NCBI GenBank assembly: GCA_964352425.1
Contig: CAYGRZ010000001.1
Span: forward strand, 64,672 to 128,671
DNA: 64,000 nt
Direction of reading: 5' to 3'
Origin: an uncultured Planctomycetia bacterium
Lineage (GTDB): Bacteria > Omnitrophota > Gorgyraeia > 2-01-FULL-45-10
Position 1 is the first letter of the stretch, and each line of letters opens with the position of its first letter. Of the stretch, positions 8,679 through 17,575 are shown one piece after another. A program made the translations under genes and the position numbers. Under the pieces are notes generated by a model. The model was given only the letters and a program-made list of their open reading frames with translations, was not told the DNA's origin and did not search any database.

Positions 8679-9499
8679 GAAAAAGAGAGATCCCCGTATT
8701 TACAATCGAGGGCCAGACACTGCCGGAGGTATGGGAAAAAGCGGTCATAGCGACATGGAACGGCGGGGCCGATATCAAGACCGAATATGACAAGCCCGAT
8801 GACCCGGCGAGCAAGGATTCGACGATGATCATGGTCATCAACGATCCGATGAAAGAGCCCCGGATCCACCGCGCGTTCCCCGGAGGGCTTGAGGACCTCG
8901 AGGTCTACAGGCAGGAGGTCGTCTCGGGGATCCATGACCACTGGATTGCCCCGGAAGAGGGTAAGTGGACATACACCTACCACCAGCGGCTGGCGAACTT
9001 TCCGATCGAAGGCGAACATGTCGACCAGCTGGACTACATAATAAGGAAGCTCTCTGCCACACCGTATACGAGAAGGGCGCAGGGGATAACATGGAATCCG
9101 AAATGCGATCCGGTCACCGACGACCCGCCGTGCCTGCAAAGGATATGGTGCCGGCTCGTACAGCAGGATGACGGCTCTTACTCGCTCGACATGAACACCC
9201 ACTGGCGGTCACGTGACGCCTACAAGGCGAGCTTCATGAACATATTCGCGCTGACCGACCTCCAGAGGGCGATGGCCGGCGAAATATCGAAGAGATTGGG
9301 CCGGGTAGTTTCCGTCGGCAGGTACGTCGATATAAGCGACAGCTTCCATATCTACGGCAGCTACTTCGACGATTTCAAGAATTTCCTGAAGATGGCTACC
9401 GAGAGGACGTTCGATGAGAAGACGTGGCCGACCGAGTTTGCCGAGCCGTTCTTTGAGGACGCGAGGATAAAGCTCGAAAAAGAAAAGCAGGGAGTATAA
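8675..9499 (+). CDS. thymidylate synthase (ThyA)-family enzyme, divergent
   Basis: TS-fold motifs map onto ThyA: TRRAQGITWNP (RRxIxSAWNP), PPCLQRIWC (PCH Cys retained), NTHWRSRDAYKASFMNIFAL (QRSxDxxLGxPFNIA), DSFHIY. 4-nt overlap with the phosphoesterase. Confidence 0.75.
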   Translation: MRKREIPVFTIEGQTLPEVWEKAVIATWNGGADIKTEYDKPDDPASKDSTMIMVINDPMKEPRIHRAFPGGLEDLEVYRQEVVSGIHDHWIAPEEGKWTYTYHQRLANFPIEGEHVDQLDYIIRKLSATPYTRRAQGITWNPKCDPVTDDPPCLQRIWCRLVQQDDGSYSLDMNTHWRSRDAYKASFMNIFALTDLQRAMAGEISKRLGRVVSVGRYVDISDSFHIYGSYFDDFKNFLKMATERTFDEKTWPTEFAEPFFEDARIKLEKEKQGV

Positions 9500-9648
9500 T
9501 GAGTAAAGAACAAAGTACAGAGAACAGAGTCAAAAGTACAGCTAATTATCGTTTAGAATCTGTTCATTTGGCCTTGTCTGTTCTTTGTTCTTTTTGATAT
9601 GTTTGTACTTTGTATTTTGTGATTTGTACTTTAAACGAGGAGTTTAGT
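9500..9648. promoter_or_regulatory. AT-rich intergenic region with an imperfect inverted repeat and TTTGTACTTT direct repeats
   Basis: aaagaacaaagtacagagaacagag ... ctgttctttgttcttt inverted; TTTGTACTTTGTATTTTGTGATTTGTACTTT just upstream of the HIT-gene RBS. Confidence 0.45.
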
Positions 9649-10119
9649 ATGGATAAGCTATGGGCCCCGTGGAGGAGCAAATACATATATCTGCGCAAGA
9701 TTAAGGCCTGTATATTCTGCGGCGCCAAGTATGCCCGCGACCACAAGGCACGGTATATACTTGAGCGCTCAGGCCATTCGTTTTCGATGCTGAACCTGTA
9801 TCCTTACAACAACGGCCATGTGATGGTCGCGCCGTACCGGCACGTATCGAGCCTTGAACTCCTGTCTGAAGAAGAGCTCGCCGACCTGATACGGCTGGTG
9901 AACGCTGCGAAAAGAGAGATCGACAGGAAGATGAAGCCCCACGGGTACAACATCGGATGGAACCTGGGCAAGGTCGCCGGCGCGGGGTTTTCCGGCCATG
10001 TCCATGTGCATATAGTGCCGCGCTGGACCGGCGATACCAACTTCATACCGGTCATCGGCAACACGAAGGTTGTCTCGGAATCGCTCGACGCGATGTACGC
10101 TCTCCTCAAAAAGAGATAA
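9649..10119 (+). CDS. HIT-family protein (HxHxHxx; Ap4A-phosphorylase/GalT-like branch)
   Basis: HVHVHIVPRW histidine triad and an N-terminal CIFC motif; the ATG at 9649 is preceded by a GAGGAG RBS. Confidence 0.8.
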   Translation: MDKLWAPWRSKYIYLRKIKACIFCGAKYARDHKARYILERSGHSFSMLNLYPYNNGHVMVAPYRHVSSLELLSEEELADLIRLVNAAKREIDRKMKPHGYNIGWNLGKVAGAGFSGHVHVHIVPRWTGDTNFIPVIGNTKVVSESLDAMYALLKKR

Positions 10120-10123
10120 GGCC

Positions 10124-11275
10124 ATGCTGAAGAGAAGGGACCTCGAAAAGAAGGAAAGCCTCCTCGCCCCGTATGCGCAGAAGAGCCGCATGACGAAGGG
10201 AAGGGTCTACAAGGAACCTGAGCACGGCTACAGGTCATGTTACCAGCGTGACCGTGACCGGATCATCTATTCGACCGCGTTCCGCAGGCTTGAATACAAG
10301 ACGCAGGTCTTCGTGAACCACGAGGGCGATTATTACCGGACGCGGCTCACGCACACGCTCGAGGTCAGCCAGATAGCCCGCGCGATAGCGCGCGCGCTGA
10401 AACTGAACGAGGACCTTGTCGACGCGATAAGCCTCGCCCACGACCTCGGCCACACCCCATTCGGCCATTCGGGCGAAGATGCCTTGAACGAGATGATGAA
10501 ATCCCACGGCGGGTTCGAACATAACGCCCAGGGCCTGAGGGTCGTCGACATCCTTGAGCAGCGCTACCCGGATTTCCCCGGCCTCAATCTCACGCATGAG
10601 GTAAGGGAAGGCATCATACGGCACTCCACCGCATACGACCGTCCGCACCCTGTCGTGCCGTTCACTACGAAAGGTTCGCCGCTCCTGGAGATTCAGGTCG
10701 TCGATATCGCCGACGAGATCGCGTACGATAATCACGATCTTGACGACGGCATCACGAGCGGCCTTATCAAGGAATCTGACCTGCGGCATATTAAGTTGTG
10801 GGCCGACAAGAAGAGAGCGATCGAGAAGAAGTACCGCTCGATCAAGGACGAGATACGGAAGTATCAGATCATCCGCTCGCTGATAAACGAGCAGGTCACC
10901 GATGTCATCTTCCGGACCGAGGCGAACATCCGCAGGCGCCGGGTCCGGTCGGCGGCTGATGTGGCGAAGATACCCGAAAGGATCGTCACGTTCTCGGACA
11001 CTATGCGGCTCTTGCGCCTGCCGATGCGCGAATTTCTCATCAAGGGCCTCTACCAGCATTACCGGGTCGTCAGGATGGCCAACAAGGCTTACCGCTTCAT
11101 AGAGAGCCTGTTCAATATTTATCTCGATAAGCCGGAGCAGCTTCCGCCGGGGACCCAGTCGAGGCTGAAGATTGAGTCAAAGCACCGCGTGATATGCGAT
11201 TACATCGCCGGCATGACCGACCGCTATGCGCTGGACGAGTACAAGAAGTTCTTTGAGCCGTACGAGAGGGTGTAA
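10124..11275 (+). CDS. dgt: dGTP triphosphohydrolase (Dgt-family HD phosphohydrolase)
   Basis: YRTRLTHTLEVSQIARAIA...HDLGHTPFGH HD motif, Dgt-like N-terminus; starts 5 nt after the HIT stop. Confidence 0.85.
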   Translation: MLKRRDLEKKESLLAPYAQKSRMTKGRVYKEPEHGYRSCYQRDRDRIIYSTAFRRLEYKTQVFVNHEGDYYRTRLTHTLEVSQIARAIARALKLNEDLVDAISLAHDLGHTPFGHSGEDALNEMMKSHGGFEHNAQGLRVVDILEQRYPDFPGLNLTHEVREGIIRHSTAYDRPHPVVPFTTKGSPLLEIQVVDIADEIAYDNHDLDDGITSGLIKESDLRHIKLWADKKRAIEKKYRSIKDEIRKYQIIRSLINEQVTDVIFRTEANIRRRRVRSAADVAKIPERIVTFSDTMRLLRLPMREFLIKGLYQHYRVVRMANKAYRFIESLFNIYLDKPEQLPPGTQSRLKIESKHRVICDYIAGMTDRYALDEYKKFFEPYERV

Positions 11276-11405
11276 TTTTTCCGCTTTTATCAGGGCGTTA
11301 ACTTTTGGGCACTCGCTTTTATTAGTTGAGCAAGCCCTTGCGGCCTGGGGGGATGGGGGCACGCTAAAAGCTCCGCCGCTCGAGGAAGCAGAAATATTTG
11401 TGGTA

Positions 11406-11434
11406 GGGCAGGTGAGCGAAAAGCGAACCTGCCC
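11406..11434. repeat. hairpin-repeat family member (stem GGGCAGG/CCTGCCC, loop tgagcgaaaagcgaa)
   Basis: Same conserved loop family as the copies at 11615, 18267 and 36439. Confidence 0.5.
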
Positions 11435-11461
11435 GATGAGGGGCTTAGGGCGAGCAAATTT

Positions 11462-11650
11462 TTACGGGTGACGCGAGGGGGCCTTGAGAAGCGCACAAGC
11501 GAGCGCGGGATGGGGCAGTACAGACACCCGCCTGTCAGCATGTCACTTGTGAACCCCGCGCGAGCGCGGAGCATCGCAAAGGACACCGAGCGGCACCTCG
11601 ACAAGCTCGGTGCTCGCCCTGAGCGAAGTCGAAGGGCGGCAGGACCCGTA
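11462..11650. repeat. ~135 bp repeat module B, copy 2 (carries a ~45 bp hairpin insertion at 11596-11640)
   Basis: Aligns to the reverse complement of 3689-3822; the flanks ggcaggacccg..aaaattt match across the insertion. Confidence 0.7.
11615..11638. repeat. hairpin-repeat family member (stem CGCCC/GGGCG, loop tgagcgaagtcgaa)
   Basis: Conserved 14-nt loop with a covarying stem. Confidence 0.55.
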
Positions 11651-11713
11651 AAAATTTCCTGCGACCCTGGCCTGTTACTAACAAGAGCCAGGGCAGACAA
11701 GCGGAAGGCAGCC

Positions 11714-11860
11714 ATGAAGTTTCTGATCATTACGGTATTGGCGTTAATGCTGTCCGGGTGCTCCAGCATCCGGATCAAGGAAGGCGGGCTCGCCGTCGGT
11801 AAAGATACGACTGCGACTGTGGACGACGTGGGAGTGGCGAGGGTGACCAACCAGTTCTGA
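11714..11860 (+). CDS. small lipoprotein (48 aa, hypothetical)
   Basis: MKFLIITVLALMLSGCSS lipobox signal peptide; internal start of ORF 11468..11860, whose upstream part lies on the repeat. Confidence 0.45.
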   Translation: MKFLIITVLALMLSGCSSIRIKEGGLAVGKDTTATVDDVGVARVTNQF

Positions 11861-11950
11861 CCCCTGCCGGGCGTATATAGCCTTCACGAAAAAGGCGTCC
11901 AAATAGGCGTTGACACGGCTTAAGCGTTCGCCGTATAATCGTTTACCGGC

Positions 11951-13480
11951 ATGGAAGAGACAAAGAACCATACTTATCAGAGGGAACTGTTCGACAGGCT
12001 GAAGAAGAGCCCCAGCCTCAAGAAGGCCCAGGAGTGCTTCGGCTGTGTCATCAAGCCGGCCGCGTGGTGGATCGTCGAAAAGCCCAGCCCGAAATTCGCG
12101 GACGTGCAGAAGCTCATCTGCGGCAACTGCCCCTCGGTAAAGAGATCATCCCCCAGGCAACTGCGCCAATGCGTGAAAGAAGTCCTCGGGATGCTTGCCG
12201 GGGCCGCCGAAGAGAAGCGGCTGATCAAGTTCGACTGCCCTGAAGGCATGCACGGGTTTATATGCCCGGTCATTCAGGCAGATAAGATATTCGGCTACCT
12301 GGGCGCCTGCTACGCCAAGAAAGAGATCTCGCCGCAGGTGCTTGAGATTTTCTCAGCGTTCATCGCCACGATCGTCAAAGAGGTGCAGAAGGAGCTGGAG
12401 CTCTCAAAGCTGTATGAGACGCTTCGGCCGCGCGCGATAGCCCTCTCGACCGTTCACACCGTCCACCGCCTGATCAGCTCGACGCTGGACTTAAACGAGC
12501 TGCTGCCGCGCATCGCGAGGCTTTCGCTCCAGGTCATGAGGGCCAACCGCTGTTCGATAAAGCTCGTCGACTCGAAGCGCAAGGTCCTGCTGCCGAAAGT
12601 CACCGTCGACCTCAGGGAAAAGAACATCAGGCTGAAGAAGGTGAAGGTTGGCAGGTGGGCGCCGGGCAAGGCCGTCAAGTTCGGCAGGCCGATACGCGGC
12701 CGCGACTACCTGGCCACACCGCTCATCGACGAGGACGTGATCGGCGTCATAACATTGTATGACAAGATCGACAAGAAGCCGTTCAGCATATTCGACCAGG
12801 AGATCATGTCGACTATGACCGAGCAGGCGGTCATAGCGATAAAGAACGCCCAGCTGTACAAGGAGCAGGAGAAGCTGACGATGGGCACGATCAAGGCGCT
12901 GGCCAAGGTGCTCGATACGCGCGCGCCCGGGACGTACATACCGCGCGCCTCATTTATAAAGATCACCCTTGCGATCGGGCAGGAGCTGCACATGGACAGC
13001 GACAGCCTGAAGAGCCTCCAGTACGCTTCGATCCTGCACGATGCCGGCGAAATATTCGTGCCCGAGGCCGTTCTCGCCAAGCCGGCGAAACTGACCGGCG
13101 CGGAGTACGATATGGTCAAGGAGCACCCGGCCGCGGGAGTCGAGATAATCAAACACATGAAGGCGCTCAAATCCGCAACGCCTATCATCCTGTACCACCA
13201 TGAAAATTACGACGGCACCGGATATCCGAAAGGCCTGAAGAAGGACCAGATACCGCTCGGCGCCAGGATTATGGCCGCGGTCAGCGCATTCGAAGCGATG
13301 ATAACGATGAAACCTTACAGGGTGACGAAGACGCTCGATGAGGCGATCGATGAGATAAAGGCCAACGCCGGCACCCAGTTCGACCCGAAAGTGGTCGAGG
13401 TGTTCCTGAAAGTGACAAAGAAGAAGGATATAAGGGCATTGCTCGAGAAAGAATTGTATGGACCTAAACCGGCTGCTTAA
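11951..13480 (+). CDS. GAF-domain HD-GYP phosphodiesterase (c-di-GMP) with a Cys-rich N-terminus
   Basis: HD...HHENYDGTGYPKGL HD-GYP signature with a GAF region upstream. Confidence 0.85.
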   Translation: MEETKNHTYQRELFDRLKKSPSLKKAQECFGCVIKPAAWWIVEKPSPKFADVQKLICGNCPSVKRSSPRQLRQCVKEVLGMLAGAAEEKRLIKFDCPEGMHGFICPVIQADKIFGYLGACYAKKEISPQVLEIFSAFIATIVKEVQKELELSKLYETLRPRAIALSTVHTVHRLISSTLDLNELLPRIARLSLQVMRANRCSIKLVDSKRKVLLPKVTVDLREKNIRLKKVKVGRWAPGKAVKFGRPIRGRDYLATPLIDEDVIGVITLYDKIDKKPFSIFDQEIMSTMTEQAVIAIKNAQLYKEQEKLTMGTIKALAKVLDTRAPGTYIPRASFIKITLAIGQELHMDSDSLKSLQYASILHDAGEIFVPEAVLAKPAKLTGAEYDMVKEHPAAGVEIIKHMKALKSATPIILYHHENYDGTGYPKGLKKDQIPLGARIMAAVSAFEAMITMKPYRVTKTLDEAIDEIKANAGTQFDPKVVEVFLKVTKKKDIRALLEKELYGPKPAA

Positions 13481-13727
13481 ATCCGAGAGGCATTTCAAGA
13501 TACTGGCGTTCTTCCACGAGAACCAGGCGTCGATAGATACGCCGCGCGGCGTTGCCACATGGATCGGAGACGAACGCTCGAAGGTGCAGCGTGCTCTCGA
13601 AGACCTCGTCAAACTCGATATCCTCGTCGCCCACCGATCTACATCAACTACCGGCTACAGCTACACCCGCGACGCCAAACTTATCTCGAAGATAGGCAAG
13701 CTCCTGAAGCAGCACAGGCCCGCATAA
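13458..13727 (+). CDS. small winged-helix-like protein (hypothetical)
   Basis: 89 aa ORF overlapping the HD-GYP 3' end by 23 nt; GC3-rich codon usage consistent with neighbours. Confidence 0.45.
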   Translation: MDLNRLLKSERHFKILAFFHENQASIDTPRGVATWIGDERSKVQRALEDLVKLDILVAHRSTSTTGYSYTRDAKLISKIGKLLKQHRPA

Positions 13728-13752
13728 CCGCCGAAGACCGCCTCCTGACACT

Positions 13753-16700
13753 ATGCAAGAATATCTGAAATTCTACAAGCAGCTGAATACACTGCAACAA
13801 CAGGCTGTCGATACGATCGACGGCCCGCTGCTCGTCCTGGCCGGCCCCGGCACCGGCAAGACGCAGCTCTTGTCCGTCAGGGCAGGGTCGATACTGCGGA
13901 CGGCAAAAGCCAAGCCGGACAATATCCTGATACTCACCTATACCAATTCTGCCGCGAAGGCGATGAAGGAGCGGCTTGCCGCGGTGACGGGCGCGCAGGG
14001 CTACGATGTCGAGGTCGGCACCTTCCACAGCTTTGCCAATTCGATCATCCAGGATTCGGTCGAGGCCGCCAATTACGCAGGAGACAGGATCCTGATGGAC
14101 GACGTCGAGGCGGCTAAGGCGGTACAATACATACTCGATACGACCGATGGCCTTGACGAGATCAGGCCGTTCAGGGCTCCGTACACCTATCTTAAGGACA
14201 TCCTGAAGAAGATGAGCGAGCTGAAGAAAGACGATATCACGCCGGCCGATCTCCAGCGATACCTGAAATCAAGCGGCAGCCACTACCGCTCGATGGAGGC
14301 AAAGCATAGAGAGCGCCTGAAGGCGTTCTCGGTCGTCTACAGAAGATATGAGGAATTGAAGAATGGCCTGACGAAGGGGATATTCGATGAGCGCGGCCGC
14401 TATGACTTCGACGATATGATACTCTTTGCGGTCCAGGCGATGCGCAAGGAAGAATCGCTCTGCAAGGAATACCGGCAGCAATACCGGTATATCATGGTCG
14501 ACGAGTACCAGGATACCAACGGCGCGCAGCTGGACCTTCTCTTCACGCTGCTCGACTATAAGGACCCGAACATATGCTGCGTCGGCGACGACGACCAGTC
14601 GATATACCGTTTCCAGGGCGCCAACGTCGCCAATTTCAGGAGGCTCCAGCGGCAGTTTCCCGGCATACGGAAGCTGTCCCTTACCGACAACTACCGATCC
14701 TCCGACGAGCTGATACAGGCATCGAAACAGATAATCGGCCTCATCCCTGCCGGCGAGCGCGTCGAAGACAAGCCGCAGAGATGCATCAACGATTACGCCG
14801 CCAAAGAGATACTTTACAAAGAACTCTCGACCCCCGAAGAGGAGCTCATCTACATCGTCGACAAGGTGAGGCAGCTGAAAGACAGGATCGAGAAGGACCG
14901 CTCCTTAAGCGAGGAAGAGCGTACACACCCCTATAATAACATAGCCGTCCTCGTGAGGAAGCGCGACCAGATACTGAAGGTGATAGATTCTTTCCTGCAG
15001 GCGGGGATACCGTACGCTACCGACGGCAAGGAGGATATAAGCGGCGAGAGGCGCGTCACGCAGCTCCTGGACGCCCTCCAGCTCGCCCATATCGACCCGA
15101 GGGACTACGAAGCGAAAGACACGGCGCTCTACAAGGTCCTTTCGGCCGATTATTTCGGCATACCGCAGCCGGACATACTCGCATTCCTGCAGTATGTCAG
15201 CGAAAAGAGGAAGGCCGAGAAGACGGATGTCACGGTCCTCGGCGAGTTCCTTTCCTACTTTTCGTCCGAAAGGCACGACATCGTGTTCCGCAGACCCGAT
15301 TGCTTACGCCGGGCTGCCGGGGCGATAAAAAAACTGATCGACGAAGCCAACGATATGCCGGTCCACACCGTCCTGATCGACTTCATCAAGGATGCGGGAA
15401 TCTATACGTACATACTCGCCGAATACGCCGATAACGGCATACTGAGGATACGGCACCTCCGGGCGGTAGGTTCATTCGTCAACATGGTCAAGGCGAGCGA
15501 CCTCGCGAATCCGGCGATAAGGCTCGACGGTTTTCTCGCCGAGATGGAGACGCGCGCAAGCCACGGCCTTCCGATCAAGGGCGACCTCGTCACGCTCACG
15601 CAGGCGGGCGTGCGCGTCTACACTGCCCACGGGTCAAAGGGGCTCGAGTTCCATTCCGTTATACTGCCGTTCTGCCTGCAGAACAAGAGCTGGCCGGCCA
15701 AACCCATACCCGACAAGCTGCCTCTTCCGTTCGATCTCTTCAAGACAAGGCAGGCGCTCAGGGATAAGGACACCCTGAAAAGGCTTGCCTTCCAGGACGA
15801 GACACGGCTCTTTTACGTCGCGATGACAAGGGCAAAATCCACTCTTATATTTACCGCAAGCCCCACCGAAGACAATGTCCCGGCCCAGTATCTGGAGAAG
15901 CTTGGCTTTTCCGTAAGGCAGATAGCGGGAGAGCCCGGCAACGAGGAGGCCCTGATCGGAAAGTCGCTCGAGGCTACCGACGCAGCGGACCCGTTCATCG
16001 GCACCGATGAGATCCTGAAAGACATGGTCTCGCACATCACGCTCAACCCGACCAGGCTCAACAATTACATCACCTGCAGGCGCGCCTTTCTGTACAACGA
16101 CGTGCTGAAGCTGCCGGGCGCCAGGAAGAAGAGCCTCGTATTCGGAAACTGCGTGCACAAAGCCCTTGAAGGGACATACCGCTCGTACAAGGAGAGCGGG
16201 AAGTTCCCCGCATTCAGTTTCTTCGAATCGGAATTCGGGAAAGAGTTGAAGTACCAGGGCGCGGACACGATGATGGCGCGGGACTGCCTGAACAAGCTGA
16301 AGACGCTGAAGGACTGGTTCGCGCGCGCCGCGAAGGCGGCCGTGATGCCGGTGGACCTTGAGAAGAAGCTGATGGTCACGATCGGCGATAACATTATATT
16401 CACGGGAAAATACGATAAGGTGGAGTGGGAGGATCAGGCGAAGGGGCTTGTCAGGATACTCGATTACAAGACCGGCAAGCCCGACGAGCACCTGAGGGCG
16501 ATCGATCTGTGCGCAGACCTCGCCAGCCCGGAGTGCGACGGGTACCTGCGGCAGCTCGTGGCATATAAGCTGCTCTTTGAAAAAAACAAAAAAGAGTCCC
16601 GGGGCCGGAAGGTGAGCCACGGCGTCCTCGTCTTCATCGAGCCCGTTTCGGGCACTATCGGCCGCAAGGGCCACAGGAAGGGCGACTATGTCGCCAAGCG

Positions 16701-16851
16701 CGTGGAGATATCGGACGGCATGGTCGATCAGCTTGAGCGCGTCATACAGGAGGCGTGGTCCGACATAAAGAGCCTCAAGTTCGAAAAACTGAAGGAACGT
16801 GACAAAAAGAGGTGCGGAAAATGCGATTTCGAAAATATCTGCTGGGGATAA
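13753..16851 (+). CDS. UvrD/PcrA-family helicase fused to a C-terminal PD-(D/E)XK (Cas4/AddB-like) nuclease with an Fe-S Cys cluster
   Basis: N-terminal LLVLAGPGTGKTQLL Walker A with UvrD helicase motifs; C-terminal DYKTGKP...RCGKCDFENICWG. Confidence 0.85.
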   Translation: MQEYLKFYKQLNTLQQQAVDTIDGPLLVLAGPGTGKTQLLSVRAGSILRTAKAKPDNILILTYTNSAAKAMKERLAAVTGAQGYDVEVGTFHSFANSIIQDSVEAANYAGDRILMDDVEAAKAVQYILDTTDGLDEIRPFRAPYTYLKDILKKMSELKKDDITPADLQRYLKSSGSHYRSMEAKHRERLKAFSVVYRRYEELKNGLTKGIFDERGRYDFDDMILFAVQAMRKEESLCKEYRQQYRYIMVDEYQDTNGAQLDLLFTLLDYKDPNICCVGDDDQSIYRFQGANVANFRRLQRQFPGIRKLSLTDNYRSSDELIQASKQIIGLIPAGERVEDKPQRCINDYAAKEILYKELSTPEEELIYIVDKVRQLKDRIEKDRSLSEEERTHPYNNIAVLVRKRDQILKVIDSFLQAGIPYATDGKEDISGERRVTQLLDALQLAHIDPRDYEAKDTALYKVLSADYFGIPQPDILAFLQYVSEKRKAEKTDVTVLGEFLSYFSSERHDIVFRRPDCLRRAAGAIKKLIDEANDMPVHTVLIDFIKDAGIYTYILAEYADNGILRIRHLRAVGSFVNMVKASDLANPAIRLDGFLAEMETRASHGLPIKGDLVTLTQAGVRVYTAHGSKGLEFHSVILPFCLQNKSWPAKPIPDKLPLPFDLFKTRQALRDKDTLKRLAFQDETRLFYVAMTRAKSTLIFTASPTEDNVPAQYLEKLGFSVRQIAGEPGNEEALIGKSLEATDAADPFIGTDEILKDMVSHITLNPTRLNNYITCRRAFLYNDVLKLPGARKKSLVFGNCVHKALEGTYRSYKESGKFPAFSFFESEFGKELKYQGADTMMARDCLNKLKTLKDWFARAAKAAVMPVDLEKKLMVTIGDNIIFTGKYDKVEWEDQAKGLVRILDYKTGKPDEHLRAIDLCADLASPECDGYLRQLVAYKLLFEKNKKESRGRKVSHGVLVFIEPVSGTIGRKGHRKGDYVAKRVEISDGMVDQLERVIQEAWSDIKSLKFEKLKERDKKRCGKCDFENICWG

Positions 16852-17513
16852 CACTGCTCGTGGCGGCTAGCGTGGCCGTATTCTTTTTTTACGGCCACGC
16901 GGCGGTCTACGTTTTTGCGAAGGCCAACAACATGGAGATCGCCTACAAGCAACTGAGGGTCTTGCGCATGAACGAATTCCTGTTCGATGGCCTCACAGTA
17001 AGACAGAAGAAGAGCGGGATGGGCCTTTTTGCCACGTCCGCGCGGGTCGGCTTTTCGTGGAAGGGCGCCGATGTGAGGCGGATCGCCACGGCATTCGACC
17101 TGAAGATGGTCAATTTCCTGACAGGGGCCTCCGCGAAACCCCTGTCATACAGCAATATTGACGGCCTCGTTGCGGCCCCGTTCAATAGCGCGTGGACCTA
17201 CGAGAGCATTTCCGGGAAGATATACCAGGAGCCCGATGGCGTGCGGATCGAGGACTTGATGGCCAGGAGCAATGAACTGAAGATGCGGCTGGCCGGAACA
17301 TTGAAGGATGCCAGCAGGATATCATCGGATATCACTATCTATTTCGCGGATTCACTGACCGGCACAATACCGCCCGAATATTTGGGCATGGTCCTGAAGA
17401 ACGAAGAGCCCGGATGGAAGAGCCTCTCGGTGAGGCTCGAAGGAGATTTCGCCAAACCGTCTATTCAGGTATCCGGCAAGCTCTTCAGGTTGAATATCGG
17501 GGCCAAAGATTAG
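16821..17513 (+). CDS. membrane-anchored hypothetical protein
   Basis: MRFRKYLLGITLLVAASVAVFFF signal anchor; AAGAGGTG RBS 7 nt upstream. Confidence 0.6.
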   Translation: MRFRKYLLGITLLVAASVAVFFFYGHAAVYVFAKANNMEIAYKQLRVLRMNEFLFDGLTVRQKKSGMGLFATSARVGFSWKGADVRRIATAFDLKMVNFLTGASAKPLSYSNIDGLVAAPFNSAWTYESISGKIYQEPDGVRIEDLMARSNELKMRLAGTLKDASRISSDITIYFADSLTGTIPPEYLGMVLKNEEPGWKSLSVRLEGDFAKPSIQVSGKLFRLNIGAKD

Positions 17514-17575
17514 CAAGCTCTTAAATTGCATTTTGTGGCCTTCTGTGTTATACTACACAAAAATCAGATGCCTGT

